NCBI GenBank assembly: GCA_044892505.1
Contig: CM097882.1
Span: 385,268,001-385,332,000 of the forward strand
Direction: 5' to 3'
Length of the DNA: 64,000 nucleotides
From: Schmidtea nova
Taxonomy: Eukaryota
Under the pieces are notes generated by a model that was not told where the DNA came from, ran no database searches, and saw only the letters and a program-made list of their open reading frames with translations. A program made the position numbers and the translations under genes. Numbering within the stretch: the stretch's first letter is position 1; every line of letters begins with the position of its first letter. Of the stretch, positions 1 to 14,570 are shown piece by piece.

Positions 1-180
1 AAATTATCTTTCTGCAAATGTTTTCACATAATTTATAATGTTTCCCAATAATCCTTTTTTAAATTCATTATTTCTAATAAAGATTTGGTTTATTTATGTC
101 ATGAATAAGTATTTTTATGTTTAAAAAATTACAAAAACATATGAATAACAGTATAATTTTCTTAATAATATAGTACAGAT

Positions 181-497
181 CAGTGGTTCTTAACCTTTCT
201 ATAGTGACGACCCATCTAAATACCATAATATTTTGCCTCCATTTGTCCTTCATTATTATTATTATCACTTTAATTATTAAAACAAATTCATATATTTATT
301 AAATATATGAATATGTCATAAATATATAATCTTTCATATTCATAAAGATGTAAGAAAATTTCGATGGGTTTTTTTGAAATCTTAAAATAACTTTTAAGTG
401 CAGTTAGGCTTGTCATCTTTTTCTGAAATTAAGAATTTTTTTGAACTTGTTATATATGATTTTATTTACATAATGAACTGAACTCAGAGAATCACTG
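181..497. mobile_element. Possible old hAT/Charlie-type MITE
   Basis: cagtggttct at 181 and inverted agaatcactg at 488-497. The 8-bp flanks gtacagat/gtgtaggc differ at 4 positions, all transitions. Confidence 0.3.
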
Positions 498-3391
498 GTG
501 TAGGCAGCATCAATATATCACCTTTTTAGCGATTATTTCCCACCATTTACTGTATCATTTCGTACTGTTGTATAGCTGAGCCAGCGCTTCGCTCATGGGC
601 TTGAGTGAGCTTCTCAAGACCATAAAAAATCATTAAATTGTTTGTTACATTTGCCAAATTTTATTGAGCGAAATTATCTAAATTATTAACTAGAAACGAT
701 GAATTATAAAAAAGAGTGTAATAAGTCGACAAAATAATTAAATTTAATACAGTATTTTCTATAATTCCTGTCTCGACAGGTACAAATTAGAGATCATTTT
801 CAACTTTTAAAGAAGATATCTTAAATCAATTGCGAAAATATAATCGAAAAAGGAATATAAATATTTTAGCTCAATTTTATTATTTGTATACTCTATCGCA
901 TATTAAAATTAATTGAAAAAATCAAAAAAAAACCCCTCCTATCCGAAATGAAAATAAAAGTACTCAACATTTTATTTTAATCATGTATTATTTATTAAAA
1001 ATATTTAAAATGAACTCGACCCTTAAATTTTTTTTCTTCTGAAGTTGAGCCACCCCCATCAAGCGAAAATCTAGGATGCGCGCTTTATGTAGCATATATG
1101 ATATTAAATTCAAACTATACTAAAGCAGATTTTTTAAGTCATTTTGGTAACTGAACATGTTGGGCATATACAACAGTGTGCAAATAATGATAATTATATA
1201 TTTGCCTGTTTTTGGTCATTTATACATAATTATAGGTTATAGTGTTGATATTTTTAAAATAAAAATTTTAAAAAATCCGTCATTTAAAAGTCAAAAGCTG
1301 ACTATTAACAAATTAAAACAAGAGTAAATATTTTCAAGTTTACAGTTGAAATTGTTAAATTTTCCAATTAAATATAACCTTTAGGTAATGAAATCATTAC
1401 AATAGTATTTTTCAAAAATCAAATTTTATTTTACTACACAAATTTATCATATAAAATAGTATTTGATGTCAAATTAAATCAAAATACTTTTTTTAAATTT
1501 TATTACAACGGTTGTTTTTAATGAAAAATATAATTCACAAGATGTTGATTTCTCATAGATATTTTTTGATTATTTTTCAACAATTTTTCTTCGGAAAAAT
1601 TCAAAAACCAATCATGCCTACATTTTGGATAAAATGAACAGTAAATAATTTTGAGAAATCTTATTAAAAAAAAATAAAAAAAAATTAATAAAAAAATTCA
1701 TATCTAAATCAGACAAATTAGAGTTTTTTTTATAAAAATTATTTTGTTATTGTAAGTTTATTTTGTTGCCGCTGTTTAAACAAAACATCAGCTTAAATCT
1801 GAAACTCAGGAAGAAAATAATGGGTTTTTGCAATGGGAAAATTTGTTTTTGCTTTTTAAGATTTCCTGAACTCTTGAAATAATTGATAAATACCAATTTA
1901 TCTTAAACGGTTTTTATTGACATTGGTTTATATTCAATTCAATACTTAATATTTTAATAGTTTAAATAAATTTGTTTAAATAATATAATTTGTTCAAATT
2001 ATTCCATTTGAAAAAATAGATTATTTCTTTTAAAAAAGGTTTTCCAAATGAAAAAAATAACTGGATGCACTAATATTTAGCATATCCAATTGTGTATAAA
2101 CTAGTACCCAATTTATTCTTCAGCATCAGTAGTTTGTAAGTATCCCTTATAAACTCCAAACTATTGAAAAATATTATTAGAAATAGGTAATTATGATACT
2201 TCCGGTTTTAACTTTATAAAACACATATTAATTAAACACTTAAAGTATAATAAATTGAAGTAAAGATTTTTATTTTATTTGGTAGTTTTTTCAAAAGTTT
2301 TAAAAAAAGTTTGTTCAAATTTCAAATTTATTACTGACACCCATATTCTTGTTTTAATTTATGAATACTTTTGATGTTGCAATAGCATCACAGTCGGCAC
2401 AATCTAAACTCATAATTAAATTTCTATTCTAATAATATTAATTTATTTTCTTTAAATTACATTATTAAAATTAAATTTTTGATACAAAAATTCCAATATA
2501 TTCAAACAGCTGTCATACAATTTCATATAGACAGAATTCAAAAAAAAAAATTTTTAAAAATTGTTTTTGATATTTAAAATTGTTTAATCATTAAAATAAA
2601 TTTTGCTTCATTTTTTCCATTACATTTTTAAAATTAATTTTTCAATAATCAATATCTTTTCAGAATTCTTCTATGTGCAAATTAAAAGTATAGACTTTTT
2701 AATTTTTTAAATCCTCACAAAGACTATTAATTTTTTGATATTGTCTCTTGAATGATAACAAATTTTTTCTTGTATTTTCCACATGCACGAATTGTTTATT
2801 CGGCGAATTCAAATATGAATATACACAATTTATTCTTTTTTTTCAATTGGCCAAATAATTGTATCCAGATCTCCTCAGAAAATCCATTCGACACATTCAT
2901 ACAAAATGCCCATTGTATGAGTACTCATTTATATTAATGATGCAAATATTTATTTGTTAAAAAATCGTAATATTACGCTTAACAATTATAAATAATTGGT
3001 AATTGATGTATATGATTTCATTACATTACCTTTTACAGGAAAAAATCATGATACTTGTCCCATGAATAAATAATTGAACATACAATCTGTACTGAGACAT
3101 TCACATATAATAAAACTGCCTGTCCGCCCGGCCACCCGCCCTATCTATCCATAATGTAATCTTTACTATTATTATACTATTATTAAAAACAAGTAGTATA
3201 ATAATAATTTTAATTTATAGTTTATTAATATTATTACGAACTGGTACCAGTGATAAATCATATCATGTACTGACAATTTTAACTTAATATCATAAATTAG
3301 GAAAATCCAATCGAAATGTGTTATAATTTATCTTAAAAATAATATCTACGCACGGACACGCGTACCACGTGTATATATATATATATATAAA

Positions 3392-3627
3392 TATGCCTTT
3401 CAATCTGCCTGTCTGTCCCATGTTTCCAATATCTACTATTCAGAATTATCAGTAAAAAATTTGGATAATTCTGTATAGTAGATTATGGAAACCTGGGAAA
3501 GACAGACAGATATAGAGATAGATAGATATAGATATGGATAATTGTTATTTATAATTTATCCAATTTTTTACTGATAATTCTGAATAGTATATATTAGAAA
3601 CCTGGGCAGACTGACACGTGGGAAGGC

Positions 3628-3632
<5 letters not shown>
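3392..3632. repeat. Foldback/MITE-like inverted repeat between (TA)n tracts
   Basis: Arm aatgccttt...tattcagaattatcagtaaaaaatttggataa is mirrored by ttatccaatttttactgataattctgaatag...gaaggcattt. A second partial inverted copy lies at ~3475-3510. Confidence 0.55.
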
Positions 3633-3679
<47 letters not shown>

Positions 3680-3683
3680 CAAA

Positions 3684-3843
3684 TCTTTAAAAACTATTCT
3701 CTTTTAAAGAGAAATTATTTTGGCTTTTGTTGTGTGTATGTGTGTTTAATGCTACTGTCTGTCGGTCCATTGTCAGTCATATCTAATTTCATATAAATCC
3801 AAAATAATGCGAACGTTATTCGACGGGCTTTGTATACAGCTAG
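3684..3843 (+). mobile_element. Possible short non-autonomous Helitron
   Basis: Starts TC after A and ends ...cgacgggctttgtatacagCTAG before T. Internal gt/gtct microsatellite-like tract. Confidence 0.3.
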
Positions 3844-4005
3844 TTTATTATTAATTTATAATATCTAAAATCATTTATTTTCCTAATTTTTCTTATTCGT
3901 GGTTTTCTTTCAAAATGGATATAAAGAGAATTATGTATTTTTATCTTAGAAAAATATCAATAAAAATAAAACATTTTATAAGTTTTAATTGTTTATTAAA
4001 TTTAG

Positions 4006-4109
4006 TTCTGTGTTCTGCAATAAAAATGGCCGGAAATATCAGTACCTTAAATCTAACCGCTTGCAGCTTGAGTCCGATCGGACTTCGAGGTTTAGGAGAT
4101 TTGATCAAG
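4006..4109 (+). CDS. CEP78: CEP78 homologue, internal exon (LRR region)
   Basis: tttag acceptor at 4001-4005 and gtaaat donor at 4110. Encodes xLCSAIKMAGNISTLNLTACSLSPIGLRGLGDLIK, aligning with recalled vertebrate CEP78 [34 protein letters not shown]. Ends in phase 0, matching the exon at 37916. Confidence 0.8.
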
Positions 4110-5008
4110 GTAAATTTAATACATTTTACAATTGGATAATTCAACCATAAAACGCCTAAAACATTGCTAATTAATTTTATCCTTAAGTATTCTTGAAATC
4201 ACTTTTATTTAGTGAAGTTGACTGTTAAAAATTACACTTGAATTATTTTTGAAAGAGTTTGATTTATTAATTTTTAAAATTCCCAAAATTTCTACAAGTT
4301 TCACTGAATGCAAATTTAACTATTTTTATTTAAATTTTATAAAAGAATGTATCGCTCAAATCTATTTTTTTGAATAAAATCGCGCCACTTTAAATACTTA
4401 TTATATTAAATTTTATTTTATTAGTTAAATAATGTGTTTAAAATGCAACAAAAGAGAATACTATCAGCAAAATCTTTTATATACGTCTCCATTGATCGAC
4501 TATTTTCTATTTCGCTTCTTTTCATATTCATATGAACACTTGAAATACCCTACCGAAACTTTGGGTATATTGGTAATTGAATTTATTTATTTGCTAATAA
4601 AATTATTTTCAGTAAAATGTTACTGTTTTTTATTTTTACATTTTTGTTCATTTTTTGTTGACAATTTTATCGATAAATGTTGATAATTATTTTGTAAAAT
4701 TAGTTCACAAATCACTGCATAGCCGTTCAACTTTAACAGGAATACAATGATTGATAGCGAAATTTGTAGCTAAAAACTTAAATCTTTCGCTAAACAAATG
4801 TGTTCAATTTGAGAAAAATAGCAATTAAAGCTATATTATGTAATTTCCTATCAGTTTTTATTTTTACTAGATTATTTATTTTTATTGAAATAATTTACTG
4901 AGTTAGTCTTTGAACTCATAAAACGACGAATCCTTTTTACATTTATCATGTTATTTTCACTGTTTTTTAGTTTTTGAAATCTATTTTTTAGTTTTTTTCT
5001 AATTTTTC

Positions 5009-5039
<31 letters not shown>

Positions 5040-6708
5040 TATTGTTTACAATGTTTATTCAAAAATTTATTTCAGAATTCAAAATTTATTTCATTGTATT
5101 TGAATAAATAGAAATAATTAAATATATAGTAACACTTTTTTATTTCAATAATGCTTTCAAATGCACAAATATTTATTTACATTTTGTTTGAAAAAAAAAT
5201 TGATTGGGAAATTTACCAATTATACATTTTTCTTTAATAACAAAATAAATATAAAATTGAATTTATTTGCCAAGTTCTTTTTTTCAACACTTGATCTTAT
5301 TTAGAAATTCATTCGCTGAAGTCATTCATATGTAATATCAGCATTTTTGTCACCAAAACTGTGTATAATTAAATAAATATTGATATATAAAAATGTTTAA
5401 ACACCACATTNNNNNNNNNNNNNNNNNNNNNNNNNNNNNNNNNNNNNNNNNNNNNNNNNNNNNNNNNNNNNNNNNNNNNNNNNNNNNNNNNNNNNNNNNN
5501 NNNNNNNNNNNNNNNNNNNNNNNNNNNNNNNNNNNNNNNNNNNNNNNNNNNNNNNNNNNNNNNNNNNNNNNNNNNNNNNNNNNNNNNNNNNNNNNNNNNN
5601 NNNNNNNNNNNNNNNNNNNNNNNNNNNNNNNNNNNNNNNNNNNNNNNNNNNNNNNNNNNNNNNNNNNNNNNNNNNNNNNNNNNNNNNNNNNNNNNNNNNN
5701 NNNNNNNNNNNNNNNNNNNNNNNNNNNNNNNNNNNNNNNNNNNNNNNNNNNNNNNNNNNNNNNNNNNNNNNNNNNNNNNNNNNNNNNNNNNNNNNNNNNN
5801 NNNNNNNNNNNNNNNNNNNNNNNNNNNNNNNNNNNNNNNNNNNNCGGGCATAAAAAGTCAAGACAGTTACATGTGACTCAAGATGCACAATTATTGAAAT
5901 TTTTAATCCTCATCGCCTTTGATTTTTTTTTCGATTTTTTTTATTTTTTAAACGTTTCTCCTATTTAACAAATATGTCAGTACTATCTTTTTTCATGTTT
6001 TTTTAAGGAAATAACATTTAAAAACACTCCCGAAAATTTGTAAACCTTTTGATTAATTGTCTGAAAAATGGTACTGGATAAAACGGATGAAGTATCTCAG
6101 ACATGTAAATTTATTATATTTTTGTATTTAATTGGATATAAATTAATACTATAACACATTTGATGTGAGCAATAATCAATTAATTTGCATAAAATCAAAA
6201 AATATTATTATCTTGAAATTCTTTTAATATAAATAACAACTTGTAAACTACCTAATTAACAATGCAAAAATAATTAATTTTAAAATAATAAATACAGTGA
6301 TAAAATTACAGTGTTTTCCCTACTTCACACTAATTTGTTCAATGAAATATCATGATGGATTAGGTTTTTAGACAAATTCCAGTGCATATTTCTACTCAGT
6401 TGATGCATTATACTCATTAATTGTTTTTGTAATAACGATTTTTTTTCCAGAAAATAATTCAGTTTATTTTATGTATAAATTCATCCTAGTAAAATTGCTT
6501 TTTTTTAAATCGATATTTTGCAAATGAGAAAATTTTCAATGTTAAATTTTATTAACGTTAAATATTTGGTAAATTATTTTTTCTGTGAAAATTTAGAAAG
6601 ATTTCATTTATTAAATATTAACGATTCGATATTGTAAAAATTTCAATTGTAAATTTTATATTATGAATGATTTAAAATTTAGATGGTTCATTAATTTTTA
6701 ATTTTTGA

Positions 6709-6822
6709 TTTCTTTTGTAGGTTGTTTTTTCTTCATCCTCGGAGAAAGAATGTTTCTTCAACAATATTCTTCCTTCGAGGATGAAGAAAGAATAACATCT
6801 GTAAAACAACCTACAAAAGAAA
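6709..6822. repeat. Long imperfect hairpin (foldback)
   Basis: tttcttttgtaggttgtttt pairs with aaaacaacctacaaaagaaa, ttcttcatcctcg pairs with cgaggatgaagaa, plus an inner stem and short loop. Confidence 0.75.
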
Positions 6823-8092
6823 GAAAATATGAAAAATAAATGGGATTTTGAACAATATTTTTCTAATAAAGAAGAAGCCTTGAATTATATTAATTTACAA
6901 AAATGTTGGAGTTATCAATAATACAATGAAACAGGAGATGGAATATAAATATATGTTATTTATATATTATAAAGTTGCAAACTAAATTTGATCTTTAAAT
7001 AAAATATTAGAAATTGACAAGAAAGAGAATGTTAAGTAATTTAATATTATTAATAATACATGTATATCTTCCCGCAATGTATATATCCCACAATAAACAT
7101 ATCCCGCAACATAATGAAGTATAAATTATTAATATTTTCTCACTTGAAAATATTTTAGGTGAAATTTTTCAATAATATAATTATTTTAAGAATAAGACAT
7201 TCTTTTTTTTTAAAATGATAAAGTTTTTACATCATAAAAATTGGTTATTTATTTATAACAAATATTTAAAACAATTTATAAAGACTATTTACATTTAAAA
7301 AAATGACTGTCGAAAATTCGTATTCTATAAAAACAATTTTGATCTAAAATTCAAATTTCTGAAATAGGAAAAAAGAAATCAAAGGCGAAAAAAATAAATG
7401 ATGTTAATGATATTTTAAAAATAAAATATTTTCAAATGTAATATCTTGATATTATTATATTTATAATATTAATATTAAGTGGAAGCATTTATTAGAAATT
7501 CAAATTAATTTTTTAATTAAATGGTAATTAATACAATTTATGCAAATGATTAATTCTGAAATATTCATTTACAAAAATAAATTGTAGTTTCAAAAAACCT
7601 ACTTGGATAAATATAATAAATTATACATTGTTCGATAAACATTGTTTTTACGATTAAATGAAAAAGCCACATTGTCGATTAAAAATAAAAGTTGTGGTAA
7701 AATTAAAATTTATCTTACTGATTACAAGTCGAAATATCGACAATCAAACAAAGCCTAACGAAATTTGCTAGCAATAAAAGGTTAAAATAATGAATCAGTT
7801 AAATTCTGTTGCACTCTTTTCTCATTAGTCTTTGAAATTTTCAATAAAATTAGCTAAAAGATGATTTCAAATTTAAAGATTGCTGAATTCAACTGTCGAA
7901 AGATTTTCATCACAGATTGAATGAACTATATTGCATGTTTAAATACATTGAAGAAATGCAATTACTAACCAGAACCCTGTGACATAATATCATACCCAGT
8001 CATATCTGATACACAGTCATATTCTTACAAATACCTATATTTACAAGCACAGTACTTTCATAAACATTGAACAATATATTTATTAAAATAAA

Positions 8093-9154
8093 TCAAGTAA
8101 AATACGTGGTGCGCCCAATAAGTCGTGAGACTAAAATAGAAAGACTTAAGATATCAACAAAAAACTTTTTATTTAGAACAAACATGGTAAATAATTTCTC
8201 AAAATAATTTCCTTCTGCACTGACACAATTTTCCCAGCGAATAACGAGGTTTTTTGAATAACGACGGCGCAGATGCTTCTTAAGATGGTTAAACAGGAAA
8301 AAATTGGAGGGAGCCAAATCGGGGCTGTATGGTGGATGGGGAAGCAAATTGATCCTGCAACGCTCAATTTTGTCCAGGGAAACGCTGCTGGTGTGGATGG
8401 GAGCATTATCGTGTAAAAAATAGAGATCACACACTCTGCTCTTGTGTCGTGCCTTCCTTGCTTGCTGCACGATGCTGGAGTAATAAGAACTATTGATCTT
8501 CACGCTGGATTCAGCAAAGTCAGTCAGAATAATGCCATTGGTGTCCCAAAACACCGTCAGCATGAGAGCCTTTCGGTGGCAAGTTGAGGACCGCATTTTC
8601 AGTGAGCTGCTTTCTCCTGGCAGTTTTCATTCTTGAGACTCTCTTTTAGATTCGGGGACATAAAGAGACAACGGTGTCTCGTCCACAGTGATGATATTAT
8701 CAATGAAACGGTCTCCAACATTGGTCCTGATCTGCAGATTCTCCAAGTAGCATTCCAAGCGTCGTTGTCGTATTTCCACCGTTAAGAAGCGTGGCACAAA
8801 ACGGGAACATAGTTTTCGAATACCCCTTTCAGCGAGGAGAGTATGCACAGTGTCTTTGCTCACATTTAGACGGGTTGTGAGCTTTCTCGTCGTTATTTTT
8901 CTCTCGTTTTGCACGATTGTCTGCAGCTTTTGCGTTATTTTTTCATCAATTTCTGAGGGTCTTCCAGATCTTTCTTCGTCCACCACGGAGGTTCTACCAC
9001 TCTGAAAGTAATTGAACCAACGATAAACGGTTGCTGTGGATGGGCACTCTTGTTGGTAAACAACTTTCAGTTCAGAAAGAACCTCTTCTCTATTTTTTCC
9101 TTTCAGAAAGAGAAAGCGAATAACGCTATGTTATTGAATAGTTTCCAAAGGCAT
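8093..9154 (-). pseudogene. Mariner transposase pseudogene
   Basis: MPLETIQ*...VYRWF...DEERSGRP...CSRFVPR...TVDET...LHDNAP...HPPYSPDLAPSNFFLF. In-frame stops, third catalytic D changed to N, and an apparent C-terminal deletion. Confidence 0.92.
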
Positions 9155-9312
9155 TTTTCGAATGTTCGCAAAAATATACTTAAACAATAATGGATTATTA
9201 AAACAAAATACATTTTCTTTACCTATATATATTGAAGTTTAAATATGTCTGTATCAATTTTTTTACTATTATTATTTCTATATTACTCTCACGACTTATT
9301 GGGCGCACCACG
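8105..9312 (-). mobile_element. Full-length defective mariner (DD34D) transposon
   Basis: 26-bp perfect TIRs cgtggtgcgcccaataagtcgtgaga (8105-8130 and 9287-9312) flanked by TA on both sides; encloses a transposase. Confidence 0.95.
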
Positions 9313-9365
9313 TAAATTAAATAATAATTAAACCTCGCGTTATTAAATGTTTAAAGAGTTTTAAT

Positions 9366-9556
9366 AAAATTTATTCTTAATTTAATATTTTTATTTAATG
9401 CATTTATAATAATAAAAATAAAAATAATAGTAATATTATATATTATTATTTTGATAAAATAAAATTTATTCTTAATTTAATATTTTTATTTAATGCATTT
9501 ATAATAATAAAAATAAAAATAATAGTAATATTATATATTATTATTTTGATAAAATG
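9366..9556. repeat. Direct tandem duplication, ~95-bp unit x2
   Basis: ttattcttaatttaatatt...ttgataaaat occurs at 9371 and again at 9466. Confidence 0.85.
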
Positions 9557-12500
9557 AATAGTAGGATGTGTCCCCTTCAGATACAATACTTCAGCTATTA
9601 CATAATACTTGATATTTGACGTCTATTATATAATAAGTTACTTAATACCGTACAATAATTGACGGGGTTACATAACATTTGACAACAACTTAAAAAAGAA
9701 AACAAAGTTAGAAAATTAAAATTTATGAAATTGGATAAATATCAAAGGTGACGAAAATTAACGATGTTAATGACAATATCGTTACAATCTGGAATTAGGG
9801 ATTTTAAGAGTACATGCCAAAATAACCTAACATTCCAATTGAATAAAATTAATAATAATTAAAAAATTGATAAATAATTCAAGATAAAAATGAAATTATA
9901 GATTATATTTATCTAAAAATTGTTAATTTTTTCAAATTTTCATTTTACAACTCACCTGTTTAATAAATTGATAAAATAATTTAGATACAATCTCAATTCT
10001 ACAGGAACATAATTCAAAATTAAAATATTATTTCTTAAAGAAAAGTTATTATTTCAATTTATATTATTTAATAAATTATATATATCTATATTCAATGGAC
10101 CATTGTTAATCGATAGAGCCTTTTCATTTCATTGAATAATATAAGTTTGTTTGGGAAATTTAATACATTTTAATAAAAGATTTATACTAAAAATTAATTG
10201 TAAAAACTTTTTTTCCATTTTGTTTAATGTAAATGTACGTATAATGAGTGGAAAAATATCAATTAATAATCAAGGTTTTGTCTGGATGAGTCTCATTACT
10301 AGTAACGAACGAGGGATATTATTTATTTGTTTAAACAGATTCCAATTAATTTTGTATTTACACATCTCTGTTAATTGAATTTCCCATATTAGTTTTTTAG
10401 TAATAAAATTGTCCATAATAATTTACTATAATATTTACTATATCATTTTTAATTAAAAGAACCAAATAAAAAAAATGGAACTTTATTCAAATTTACATAT
10501 TTTTAGAATTTTTGTTTTTTTTCAAGTACAATGTTAATGTTAATTATATTTATTTTTATATTTTTATAGCTGTGATTTAAAAATATATCTAAAATATATT
10601 CGTTTTTTGTTATTATAGCTCAATATGTTTATGAAAGTTAACAAACTAAATCATAAATATGAAATCAAAGGTGAAAAAGATAAAAAATTTGAATGATTAA
10701 AATGTTCTAACAGACTGGTTTTGAGTTAAGAGAGTTCTAACTTTTTAACGTAGAATATAGTTAATTAATTTTCTTTTTTCATTAATGAATTGTCCTTGAA
10801 GTTGATTTGTATTATTTTATAGATAGTTCTTTGAGGGATCCGAATCCCGGTAGCACACTCCTTGGCGGCGCCACTGGTATCCATGATTGTATCGTGATGT
10901 AAAAAAATATTAATAATCTTTATTTTCAATTTCGGCTTAGCAATTACATTTTTAAAATCAAAATAAGGGCAATTTATACTAGTGTAGGTATCATATATAT
11001 TTAACATCTTTTAAAAATTAAAAAACTGAAATTATGATTATGACTTTATTTTAAATTAGAATTGATACATTTATAATTATTAATAAAACCTAATACAATA
11101 CTAAATCAACTTTTAATTAATATAAATAATTGTTTGTATCAGTGATTCTCAAACTGTAAGAGGCCAAATGTTACACTAGGTCAGGAGTCAAACATTACAT
11201 CATCATATATTACGCATTTCTATGTTGATAGCGTAATTTTATAAAAAATTACGCAATACCCATAACTAGTTTTAAAACTACATATTTTATGTAATGCTAT
11301 AAAAAATTAATTTTCCTGCTAATTAAATAATTTTCCGTTAACCATAATTAGTTCATTAACCTAATTTTATTTTCATTTTCAAAATTATTTTATATTTTGA
11401 AAAATTTATTTTGCATTTTATAATTTTTATTTATTGAAAATATTAAAATATATTTGTTTTCTATAGCTAAACTACATTTTTATTTCTGTATAAAAATATA
11501 TTCATGTAAATTTTCGAAAAAGGTAAAACAAATATTCATTTACTTATATTTTAAATGAAAAGTCTCTTAACTAGTTTCTTAACTAGTGCGATTTCTTGAC
11601 TATAATAAAAATGGTTGATTAATGACTAACTTTGTTATAATAAATTGTGTTTTGTTATATTCCAATTTCGTATGGTAGACTAGTTTCATACTTCTTTGAT
11701 ACTCATTAGTATCATTTAAAGAACTCTATCTATCAACCAGTTGACATTAGGAAATTGTACTTCATCACTATCAGACGTATCAGAATGCTTTAGTTGTTTA
11801 TAATAAATTAGTGACAGTATAATATACCTAGTTTACAAGTTTTCAAATGTGATAAAATGGGTAAAACTTTGATATTTGACATTGTTTTGTGATGGAGTAA
11901 TAATGGTCATGAATCTGATTGCAAGTTCGTTGGGGTCGATTCAAAATTGGATCGAGTGTCTTACATTGTAATGATGAAAAACCAAATCATATAAAATTAA
12001 ATTTCCAAAACTTTGATTAAAAACATATTTCTATAAAAATGTTTAAAAATGTTTAAAAACTTTAATAGTTCACCGATTATGATTTAAGAATTAATTTTAA
12101 GTTTTTAAGATAAATGTTGATTATCATTTACAAAAATTAATTAAAATTACTTATTTTAAAATATTTAAAACACATTTTAATATAAATCATAAATCAATTT
12201 CTTTAAAAAATGTTCATTCAATTTATTTGTTGATCGTCAAAAAAATTATTTTTGTTTTCTTTTTATTATTATATGTGGCTTGACTATTGTCAACGGTAGA
12301 AGTAAAGAGAAATATAAATCAAGCATCTATTATGAAATATCAAAATTCTCTTACTTTATGATTATAATTTCCAAATAAATTTCCGAAAAATTAAAAAAAC
12401 AAAATTTAAAATTTATTTTATTTAAAATTTAAAGACAATAAATATTTTGCCATAAATTTTAATATCGAAAAAAGAGCCACAATTAATTTCTAGTAAATTT

Positions 12501-13047
12501 GCTTATCCATTATGAAATTTTTAAATTTGATTATCAAGAAAAAAATTGCTTCATAATTATAATAGCGTGACTTTGTATAACTCTGGAAAGTATCTATCAA
12601 CTCATTTCCTGGATGCAACTTCTATGAAGATGCCCTAAATTGGATTTTAACAATTAATTTGAGATAGGAATAATTTTTTTACATCTATGAATTATTTCTC
12701 ATCTATGACAGTTGATATAATTTGTTTACTTTTGCAATATTTTTAAGTTGTATTTTTTATTGCTCAATTTTTTATAGTTATATTTATGTGTAATATATTT
12801 TCCCATATTAAAAAATAATCCAAAAGAATACAAGTAAAAAAAGACTTTCAAAGCGCAATAACGTTTTTACAAAACGTCAACGTTTAACATTTGTTTCAAT
12901 ATCAGAAAATATGTGGTTAATTAAATGTCATTAAAAACTATTTTTCTTCGTCACTGTAGTAACTTTGAAATAAATTACTATCGATAATAAACATTTATTA
13001 TAGTAAAAATGTCTGTGTGTTGCGATTTAAATTGCTTCCTTCATATA

Positions 13048-13185
13048 TTGGATAAAACTGCTAATTTTGAACTTGCTATATGCTTGCTGCCTAATGTTGA
13101 ATAAAACTGCTATTTTGAATCTGAATTTGCTTGCTGCTTAATATTGAATAAAACTGCTATTTTTATCTGCTGCTTTGCTTTTGAG
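13048..13185. repeat. Degenerate minisatellite, ~48-bp unit x3
   Basis: ataaaactgcta(a)tttt...tgcttgctgc recurs at ~13052, ~13101 and ~13148. Confidence 0.65.
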
Positions 13186-14349
13186 TTTTTTAAATGTCCG
13201 TTTATTTTTTTAATTCTCCTTCTTTTTGTAAATTTAAACAACTCTGATTAATCTCTTTTATACATAACTATATTTAATTTAATTATATATACATATATGT
13301 AATTTCTTACAGGACTTTTGGACAAAAAGGTTTTTCTTCTATTCAACACAAATCTTTGAAACAACCTATTTGTTTACAAAACAGTGACCACTTTAAAAAG
13401 GCAGTGACGAAAAATTGTGTTAAAAAGTAAAAAATAGTAATTTTTTATTTTTTGTCTGAAAAAAATCATTCGCATTTTCAAGATTGTAAAATGCCAAAAA
13501 TAATATTTAAAATTTATCCAATTGCAAAATAATGCAAAGTGAGATTATAAGATTTCAAAACTTTTACAAGTGCTCAAAGCTTTACTTCAGTATTGCTGAA
13601 TTACCAAAGGAGATTTTCAACATTATCTTTACTTTTGATTTTTTTCTTTTTTTTCAAATAATAAATCAATAAATCTTTTTTCCCATCCAACACAATTTTT
13701 TTGTAAAAATGAAAACAAAATAAACTATTTTTTTCAATTTGTTTAAATCAATAACAAAATTTGGCGTCGTCAAATCACATTGTTTTATTAATAATTAATC
13801 GATAATAACCAAAATTTATGGATTATATTTTTTCCTGTAAAAATTCAATAATAAAATGCACTGAAAAAAACATTAAAAAGTTTAAAAATTCGTTTTTTAT
13901 CGGTTTCGATAAATTTGTTCTCCTAAAAATCCTTTTTTGTTTATTTTGATAAAAATTTGAAAATTTATTTTTTGACGTTAATTTGTTTTGTTAATTTTGC
14001 GGCATTCTAATTGTTTTGATGTTATTAATTAAAAGAAGCCGATAAATATAAACAATTATATATATTTTTTGATTTCATTAATTAATTGTTGAATGCCGCT
14101 GTTTGAAATTTATAATAAATTATGATATTTATCATTTTTTAGAAAAATATGTTCCTTTTCATTTGAATTTTCAGAAATTTTCTTCGAACAGAATTTTTAA
14201 AGAATTAAGAGAATTCAACTCTTAAAATCAACAATTGTTTCCTGTTAAGCATATTTCACATAAGGTGTGCTGAAATAATAAGATCTTTCGTTTGTGAGTT
14301 TTACTGAGGGTATAACTCTTATTTCTAAGACTACTCTATTGTATTTGAG

Positions 14350-14570
14350 AAATGGAAGGTGTGGACACATTTAGTTCCTCACTTGTTGACGGAAAACTAA
14401 CAAGAGTCAAAGTGGAATACTTTAATGACATGCACTGGACAGTTATTATGGACTGAGAATTCATGTCAATCATCATGACAGATTTTAAGATAAGGCATTT
14501 CGAGTGAAAAACAGTGTTCACTGTTTTCTTCAACTCCAAAGATATTGTTCATCACGAATATCTTAAAGTA
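14350..14570 (+). pseudogene. Mariner transposase remnant
   Basis: Fragments LVPHLLT and TVFFNSKDIVHHEY resemble mariner WVPHxLT and VFFDxxGIVHHEF, in disrupted frames. Confidence 0.55.
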
